In this document: positions 9,565-15,582 of the stretch, in pieces | How the letters are laid out: every line of letters begins with the position of its first letter | How positions within the stretch are numbered: position 1 is the stretch's first letter | From: Kiritimatiellia bacterium | GTDB taxonomy: Bacteria; Verrucomicrobiota; Kiritimatiellia; UBA8416; JBFIFS01 | Reading direction: 5' to 3' | Assembly: GCA_041602695.1 (NCBI GenBank) | Contig: JBFIFS010000001.1 | Coordinates: 13,097 to 77,096 of the forward strand | Length of the DNA: 64,000 bases | The notes under the pieces: model-generated | Told to the model about the DNA's origin: nothing | Database searches by the model: none | Seen by the model: the letters and a program-made list of their open reading frames with translations, nothing else | Program-made: the position numbers and the translations under genes

Positions 9565-9593
9565 TTGACATCTCGGCACCTTCTAAGTAATAT
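9565..9593 (+). promoter_or_regulatory. Sigma-70-type promoter (TTGACA-17-TAATAT) predicted to give a leaderless mRNA
   Basis: TTGACA at 9565-9570, 17-nt spacer, TAATAT at 9588-9593. The ATG of the MBL gene lies 6 nt after the -10 box, and no Shine-Dalgarno is present. Confidence 0.45.
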
Positions 9594-9599
9594 TCAGAC

Positions 9600-10409
9600 A
9601 TGTACGAGATGATTATCAGGGGCTGTCGGGGCACGGTGCCTGTCTGCAGCACTCAGTTTGTCGATTTTGGCGGATGCAGTACATCGTTCTCTGTGAACAC
9701 GCCAGAGGGACTGCTGCTGATTGATGCCGGAACGGGCATTAAGTCCGTCGATCCGGTAACCGCCCCTGATTCTATTTACCTGCTTTTTACCCACTACCAC
9801 GTGGATCACATATCTGGCCTGCCTGTATTTGCGCCCTTATATTACAAGGGCAAGACGGTCACTCTTATGGGCGATCCGCAGCGCGAGGATAACTGGCGGG
9901 ACACGTTGTCAAATTTCATGACCAAGCCCTACTGGCCAATTGGTATTGCTGACACCCCCGCGAAGCTTTCAATGGAAGACCTTGTGCCCGGCGGCGATCT
10001 GCGCCTCGGGGATGTCAGGGTGACGTGGATGCCCCTGCCCCATCCGCAGGGCTGCCTCGCGTTCAGGATTGACTGTCCTGACTACAGTGCTGTTATTGCC
10101 ACCGATGTCGAGTTCCCGAAAGACATAGTTCCCGATGAGTTTTCGGAGTTTGCTTCCGGAGCGACATTCCTCATATTTGACGCGCAGTACCACCCCGCCG
10201 AGCTTCTGGAGCACCAGGGCTGGGGCCACAGCTCCTGGAGGACGGCCTGCAGGGCGGCAGCCGATTCCGGGGCAAGAAACCTTATACTGACTCATCATGC
10301 CCCGGACAGGACAGATCTTGAGATTCGGGATATCGAACGGCTGGCCAAAAAGGAGTTTGCAGACACTGTAGCCGGATCGTGCGGAATGACTATTTGGCCG
10401 CAGATCTGA
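9600..10409 (+). CDS. Metallo-beta-lactamase-fold hydrolase
   Basis: HYHVDHISG (HxHxDH) motif plus downstream His/Asp ligand candidates. 20-nt convergent overlap with the gene at 10390. Confidence 0.75.
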   Translation: MYEMIIRGCRGTVPVCSTQFVDFGGCSTSFSVNTPEGLLLIDAGTGIKSVDPVTAPDSIYLLFTHYHVDHISGLPVFAPLYYKGKTVTLMGDPQREDNWRDTLSNFMTKPYWPIGIADTPAKLSMEDLVPGGDLRLGDVRVTWMPLPHPQGCLAFRIDCPDYSAVIATDVEFPKDIVPDEFSEFASGATFLIFDAQYHPAELLEHQGWGHSSWRTACRAAADSGARNLILTHHAPDRTDLEIRDIERLAKKEFADTVAGSCGMTIWPQI

Positions 10410-11535
10410 TCTGAGGGGGCAGAGACTCCAGCGAGATGGTTCCGTCTACTTGCGCCTGAAGTGCATGGCCGGCAACCATGTCGATTTCCTTGCTATTGCC
10501 GGGCCACGGGTACTGCTCCATCAGTTCGATGACTTCCTGGCTCATGTTCGGCAGGACCCCGCCCTCTTTGTTGATTCGGGTTTGCATGGCCATGCGCAGC
10601 GTCGGAACCACGTCTTCCTTTCTGTCTCGCAGCGGCGGGATCTTTATGAGGATGATCTTCAAAGCCTTGTAGAAGCTCAGGCTCAACTCGCCGGCCGCGG
10701 CCATCTGTTCCAGATTACCTGTCCCTGATGCAATGATGCGTGCATCGAGCAGGCGCTCCTTGTCCTGCTCAGAAGAAGTAAACTTTTTGTCTTCAAGGAT
10801 CGTCGCAAGCCGCTCCTGTTCCTGTAATGGCAGCGACTCTATCTGTTTCAGGTAGAGGGTAGCCCCACAAGCCCTGTCCAGCGCCGAAGGCTTTCCTGGC
10901 TCACCGGCAAGCAGCGTTCCCGCCTCCGGACGCGAGCAGTCGACCGTAACCATTTCTTTGTCCTTACGCCGGCTGTACTGATGCAGTGTTTCTGCGACGA
11001 GACTCTTGCCTGTGCCCTTTTCTCCCGTAATAAGCACTGTGACATCGGTTCCTGCTACACGGCTGATCATGTCGCAGACGCTCTTCATTATGGGGCTTTC
11101 CGCCACAATGCCTTCGAACTGGTATGTCGATTCAAGCTGCAGGTTAAGGTTAACGGAATCGGAGTCCAGCAGGCCCTGAAAATCTACTGCGCGCTGCACC
11201 GTGCTCAGAAGCTGATCAATCTTGAGCGGCTTCTCAAGGCAAGCGAACGGCGACGCCTCTGCCACGCTCTGCATGGTGTTCTGGTCTGATGCGTCAATTA
11301 TCGCTATCACTGGGACAGCCGGATGGGCCGTCCTGACGCTCTTTACCAAATTGAACTCAGGATCCGCTTCTCCACCAGCAGATGCGAGTACCAGATCATA
11401 CGCAGCCCCCGCAAGCTTTTCCTCCGCCTGCTTACCATCGGCGGCAGCGTCAACCTTGTACCCCTCTGTTTTAAGCAGTTTTGTCAGAATTGCCGTCGTG
11501 CCCTGGTCTATGCTTGCTAAGAGAATTCCTGACAT
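10390..11535 (-). CDS. Pseudo-receiver + degenerate AAA+ sigma-54-activator-like protein (no GAFTGA, no HTH)
   Basis: Walker A GEKGTGKS and the C-terminal WPGN box place it in the bacterial enhancer-binding protein (bEBP) AAA+ family. Start chosen at the ATG at 11535 (MSGILLASID...), 1 nt after the cyclase stop (TAA-A-ATG); the track start at 11649 would overlap the cyclase by 113 nt. Confidence 0.7.
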   Translation of the reverse strand: MSGILLASIDQGTTAILTKLLKTEGYKVDAAADGKQAEEKLAGAAYDLVLASAGGEADPEFNLVKSVRTAHPAVPVIAIIDASDQNTMQSVAEASPFACLEKPLKIDQLLSTVQRAVDFQGLLDSDSVNLNLQLESTYQFEGIVAESPIMKSVCDMISRVAGTDVTVLITGEKGTGKSLVAETLHQYSRRKDKEMVTVDCSRPEAGTLLAGEPGKPSALDRACGATLYLKQIESLPLQEQERLATILEDKKFTSSEQDKERLLDARIIASGTGNLEQMAAAGELSLSFYKALKIILIKIPPLRDRKEDVVPTLRMAMQTRINKEGGVLPNMSQEVIELMEQYPWPGNSKEIDMVAGHALQAQVDGTISLESLPPQIRSAAK

Positions 11536-11536
11536 T

Positions 11537-13777
11537 TTAGTCCTTTGTTGCTCTGATAAACTCGCCGTTCCAGCCCACCTCGGGCTCAGCTTCCCTGTAA
11601 CCGCTAATGCGCAACAAGAGCTTAACACAGGGACCGTCCTCTTGGTCAAGCGATAATGCCTGCTTCAGAAGCCTTTCAGCCCTGTCCCAGTCCCGGTCCC
11701 AGTGCGCTTTCAGAGCTTCTTCATAGAGGTCTGTAACCTTCCTTCGCTGCTCGTCAATCTCGCCTTTCCTGGCTATTAGTTCGTAGAGAAGGATCGGTCG
11801 AGTCTTACCTTTGACTATGATCTTGTCGAGCATTCTGGCCTCAATGTGGTCTTTTGCGGCCTCGTATGTTGTTTCCCCGATAGCTATCATTGTTCCGTAG
11901 TCTTTGTTCGCCGGCTCAAAGCGCGCCGCCTGGTTCACGGGGTCCCCCATTACGGTGTACTGGAAGCGCCTGTCGGAACCCATGTTGCCCGCAGTGACGG
12001 TGCCTGAGTTAATCCCCATCCGGACGTGAAGCTCATGACCGAACTCTTCAAGCAGTGCCGGACGGATACGATCCAGCGCGGCCTGCTGCTCGATCGCAGC
12101 AAGGCATGCCTGAACCGCGTGGTCTTCGGTTGGAAAAGGAACACCCCACTCCGCCATAATTGCGTCTCCCTGGTATTTGTCCACATATCCGCCCCTGTCC
12201 ATGATGATCTGAGTCATAGGGCTGAGATACCGGTTCAAAAGTTCGGACAGCTTTGCCGGCTCCAGGCTCTCGGAGATGGTGGTAAAAGCCCGGACGTCAG
12301 AGAAGAACATTGTTGCCTCGGCCTTTTGTCCTGACAGGGAAAAGCTTCCCGGATTCTTTTCGAGATATGTGAGGACGTCCTCTGACACCATTGTGCCGAA
12401 CATGTCGCGAACCTTTTTCTTCTGGAGCTCCTCCTGCCAGAACTTGATCATCGTAAGGACAAGGTAGACTATGACTATTGTTATAATGATCCAGACCGGG
12501 ACGAAAACGAGGTGATACTCCTGGATCAGCAGCACGCTGGAGGCATAGGCGATCCAGATCATGGCAACGGTCACCAGGAAGCTCATCCACGAGCGCCCTC
12601 GTGCGATAAGGAATGAGAGAGCAAGGCCGGTGAGCAGGATGAAGATCGCCTGGACTCCTGTAAGGTAACTCGGCGCCAGCAGCATGTCGTCGGCAAGAAT
12701 ATTGTCTACCATCGTGGCGTGTATTTCCACGCCTGAAAAATGCTGTGTAAGCGGCGTGGCCCGGAGGTCCTTGAGCGCCGCCGCCGAAGTCCCCATGAAG
12801 ACAATCTTGTCAGCGAGCTCTCTTGACCCTACCTTGCCGTCCAGAATGTCTTTCGCGGAATAGGTGGGGAAAGAGCTGTAGAATCCCGACTTTGCGCTCT
12901 TGTTGATCGTTCGGTAATTGACCACGATTCTTCCGGCGTGATCAGTGGGAATCATGTAACTGCCCAGTCGTATGCGCGTGATGCCGTTTTCATCGTAGAA
13001 TACCATCCCGGAGCTGATCCCTTTGTCCAGCCTGACGGCCTCAAGTGCGAGCGCCGGATAGACCCGTTTGGGACCGTAAGCCCATATCAGGGGATTGCTT
13101 CTGACAACACTGTCGGAATCAACCAGGGCGTTAAAGAATGCAGTATTCGCGGCCTCGTTCAAGGCGAGTATCGGCACGCTCATTGTGTCCGCCTGGACCA
13201 AGAACTGTATTGGGTTGAGCTTTGCTTTACCCATGAAGGAAAGATAGGACGAGTAGAAGGGATCGATGGAATCGTCAACCATGTCGGCGGGGCGATCGAC
13301 CGGCCACATCATAATACCGAGAATAGCATTTCTGTTGCTCAGGCTTCCGGCAAAGACCTGATCGAAGTCGTGCACCTCATCCGGCAGGCCCTTGATGTGA
13401 ACATCAGCATCAAAGGCGCGCTTAATTCGAGCGGTAAGGATCTTAGGGGAAGTCCTGTCCTGCTCGGAAAATAGTATGTCATACGCAAGGACCGACGCCC
13501 CTGACTCAAATATCCTGTCATTAAGCCTGGCTACCAGATAACGGGGCCACGGCCATTGCCCCAAGTGCGGGTCCGCCATGCTGTCATCATCGATGTCAAC
13601 AATAACCACCCTCCCTGACTTCGGTGGTTCGCTTACGCGACGGAGAAGCGCGTCATAAGCATAATTTGAGATCGCCTGAATGAAGCCTGGGCCCCAGAGG
13701 AAGAGTATGAGGCAAACCACGGTGACCGCGAGCCCAACCAGCATCACCGGGTTTATGCGGCGCAATGTTTTCAGCAT
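11537..13777 (-). CDS. CHASE2-domain membrane-bound class III adenylate (nucleotidyl) cyclase
   Basis: N-terminal TM followed by a CHASE2 signature (VVIVDIDDDSM...GQWPWPRYLVARL...AYDILFSE). Then a block of TM helices and a cyclase domain (FSDVRAFTTISE, DKYQGDAIMA, YTVMGDPVNQAARFE), ending in a short TPR-like tail. Confidence 0.85.
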   Translation of the reverse strand: MLKTLRRINPVMLVGLAVTVVCLILFLWGPGFIQAISNYAYDALLRRVSEPPKSGRVVIVDIDDDSMADPHLGQWPWPRYLVARLNDRIFESGASVLAYDILFSEQDRTSPKILTARIKRAFDADVHIKGLPDEVHDFDQVFAGSLSNRNAILGIMMWPVDRPADMVDDSIDPFYSSYLSFMGKAKLNPIQFLVQADTMSVPILALNEAANTAFFNALVDSDSVVRSNPLIWAYGPKRVYPALALEAVRLDKGISSGMVFYDENGITRIRLGSYMIPTDHAGRIVVNYRTINKSAKSGFYSSFPTYSAKDILDGKVGSRELADKIVFMGTSAAALKDLRATPLTQHFSGVEIHATMVDNILADDMLLAPSYLTGVQAIFILLTGLALSFLIARGRSWMSFLVTVAMIWIAYASSVLLIQEYHLVFVPVWIIITIVIVYLVLTMIKFWQEELQKKKVRDMFGTMVSEDVLTYLEKNPGSFSLSGQKAEATMFFSDVRAFTTISESLEPAKLSELLNRYLSPMTQIIMDRGGYVDKYQGDAIMAEWGVPFPTEDHAVQACLAAIEQQAALDRIRPALLEEFGHELHVRMGINSGTVTAGNMGSDRRFQYTVMGDPVNQAARFEPANKDYGTMIAIGETTYEAAKDHIEARMLDKIIVKGKTRPILLYELIARKGEIDEQRRKVTDLYEEALKAHWDRDWDRAERLLKQALSLDQEDGPCVKLLLRISGYREAEPEVGWNGEFIRATKD

Positions 13778-13808
13778 CCGCTTATCCGTTCATCATAGTG
13801 GGCATGCA

Positions 13809-15566
13809 TCAGAACAGGTCCGCACCAAAGCCGCCATGCGCGCTGGCTGCCGTTCCGTGATTGAAATTGAACGTCCCTGCCGCGCCCGTTATTGGAACGG
13901 TGCCCATCCCGGGGCCAACCAGATGTCCGCCGACAGTATGGCCCGTCAGTGAGCCGATGCCGTATGGAGTCCCATTGACAATAAGGCTGTAACTTGCGGG
14001 CGCCCCTGTCATTAATCCGTCACTCTGTATTATTCCCCCCGCCTGGAATGCCAGGCTGTCGCCGCCCATATTGTTCATCGAAAAATTGCCGTTCCAGTTG
14101 GGCGTAGTGCCCTGCCCCACCTGTACTGACAGGGCGCACGTGCCCTGTACCAGCCTGGCGTAGGGGCCAGCGAAGACCATGGCAGCCGCGGTGCCTGAAC
14201 CTGAGAGGTTGTACATGGTTGAACCGACAGCAATCGCAGCGAAGTCTGCTCCCTTTATCTTGGCAAGAGACCTGAATGCAACCGACTGAGGAACACCTTC
14301 AAGTTCCCATATCCCCCAATCCCAGTCCGTACCTCCTCCCATTTGCACAAGAACAGGAGATGGTCCCGGCGGCGGAGGCGGAGGATTGGTAGTTCCGTCC
14401 GGTGGCGGGGGGTCCTCATTCGGCGGCGGCGGTGGCGGAGGAGGCGGAGGTGGATCTTCCAGCTGGTCCTCAGGCGGCGGAGGAGGAGGCGGTGGCGGAG
14501 GAGGCGGAGGACGCGCAAGAAGTGTGTCGTCCGGGGGAGGCAGCAGCACGCTGCCATCGGGAGGCGGCAGGAGCGGATCGGTAGTATTTCCATCCGGCGG
14601 TGGAAGCAGCAAGCTGCCATCAGGAGGCGGCAGCTGTGTGGAGTCCGGCGGCGGCCTGCGGCGGGGCCTCGCATTGCGATGGCCGGGCCTAGGCCCATCA
14701 TCGGGTGGAGGAAGCATTGCAACATCTTCACCGGGCGGAGGAGGCAGGATTCCCTTGTCTTCCGGCGGCGGATCCTCGCCTTCCCTGAAAATTGGCTGGT
14801 CTTCATTCGCGGCATCACCGGCACCGGGCAGCGGGGCTGCGCTCAGGTCAAGGTTGGGATCCTTGTCAGCTCCGACAGGGGTGCAGTCATCTATCAGCCT
14901 GGCCAGGTCAGCTGGTGTAAGTTCTGTTTCCTTCAGTCCTTCGTTCTCGCTTATTGATACAATCCGGCCCGGCTTCTTGGCGTGCAGCGTCCTTGCGATA
15001 TCCTTACCTGTCTGCTGGATGCTCAAATTGTCCGGCTGCACTCCATCAAGGGCGGCTTTCGACGACGCAGTGATGACGACGCTCTCTTTTTCCCCAAGCT
15101 CAATTATGTAAATATTTTCAGACTGCTGAGAAATCCTGAAGCCCATTTCGCAGCCCCGAATTCCGATGGTGGCCATGCGGGTCTTTACCTGGAAGCGTTC
15201 CGGGTTCAGTTTGGTTATCTTCCCCGTTACCATGCGGAATATTCCCTTTATCGCACCGAGTGAACAGTTGGCGCTGTCCTTGTCGCCGGGGTTGTAGACA
15301 TACTTGTCTATCACGATCTCGCTCTTTTCTCCCTGAGAGATGACCGTCTCGTCCTTGAATATTATTTGCAGCTTTGCGCCCTCGCCGGTGGCCACCTTGT
15401 CATTGAGGAAGACCGGGCTCTTGATTTCCAGGGGGCGAAGTTTGGCATCGGTTCCGACGGCGGTGGCCTTTCCTTCCAACGCTATCACGCTGCCGATCGG
15501 TTCGGCGAATAACAGGGCAGGAAACAGCAGCCCCAAGCACAGTGCGTTTCGAATCAAAGCGTTCAT
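13809..15566 (-). CDS. Secreted FecR-domain protein with a polyproline spacer and a C-terminal Gly/Thr-rich beta-barrel-like domain
   Basis: Signal peptide (LGLLFPALLFA/EP). FecR-like segment (IGSVIALEGKATAV...VFLNDKVATGEGAKLQIIFKDETVISQGEKSEIVI). Residues ~265-404 are proline-rich. The C-terminus shows an alternating beta pattern and ends GGFGADLF. Confidence 0.7.
   Translation of the reverse strand: MNALIRNALCLGLLFPALLFAEPIGSVIALEGKATAVGTDAKLRPLEIKSPVFLNDKVATGEGAKLQIIFKDETVISQGEKSEIVIDKYVYNPGDKDSANCSLGAIKGIFRMVTGKITKLNPERFQVKTRMATIGIRGCEMGFRISQQSENIYIIELGEKESVVITASSKAALDGVQPDNLSIQQTGKDIARTLHAKKPGRIVSISENEGLKETELTPADLARLIDDCTPVGADKDPNLDLSAAPLPGAGDAANEDQPIFREGEDPPPEDKGILPPPPGEDVAMLPPPDDGPRPGHRNARPRRRPPPDSTQLPPPDGSLLLPPPDGNTTDPLLPPPDGSVLLPPPDDTLLARPPPPPPPPPPPPPEDQLEDPPPPPPPPPPPNEDPPPPDGTTNPPPPPPGPSPVLVQMGGGTDWDWGIWELEGVPQSVAFRSLAKIKGADFAAIAVGSTMYNLSGSGTAAAMVFAGPYARLVQGTCALSVQVGQGTTPNWNGNFSMNNMGGDSLAFQAGGIIQSDGLMTGAPASYSLIVNGTPYGIGSLTGHTVGGHLVGPGMGTVPITGAAGTFNFNHGTAASAHGGFGADLF
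14355..14774 (-). repeat. In-frame proline-rich low-complexity region (LLPPPDG repeats and polyproline runs)
   Basis: The plus strand shows a (A/C/T)GG triplet array. By my codon count there are runs of 13 (14472-14510) and 11 (14421-14453) consecutive Pro codons, plus four LPPPDG/LLPPPD repeats. Confidence 0.85.
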
Positions 15567-15582
15567 TCTATACCTCCATTAC

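Noticed and set aside
11536-11649. N-terminal 38 codons of the track ORF 10390..11649
   Set aside because: They would overlap the cyclase gene by 113 nt. The receiver-like fold begins at MSGILLASID, whose ATG sits 1 nt after the cyclase stop, so the shorter gene model is preferred.
14343-15111. Gly/Arg/Ser-rich ORFs on the plus strand (14343..14957, 14386..15111, 14402..14584), which could be read as a glycine-rich protein or as a non-coding tandem repeat/CRISPR-like array
   Set aside because: They are the antisense image of the proline-codon array (CCN read as NGG) of the FecR-domain gene. The minus-strand frame is continuous with recognisable domains on both sides. The repeats are in-frame triplets, not repeat-spacer units.
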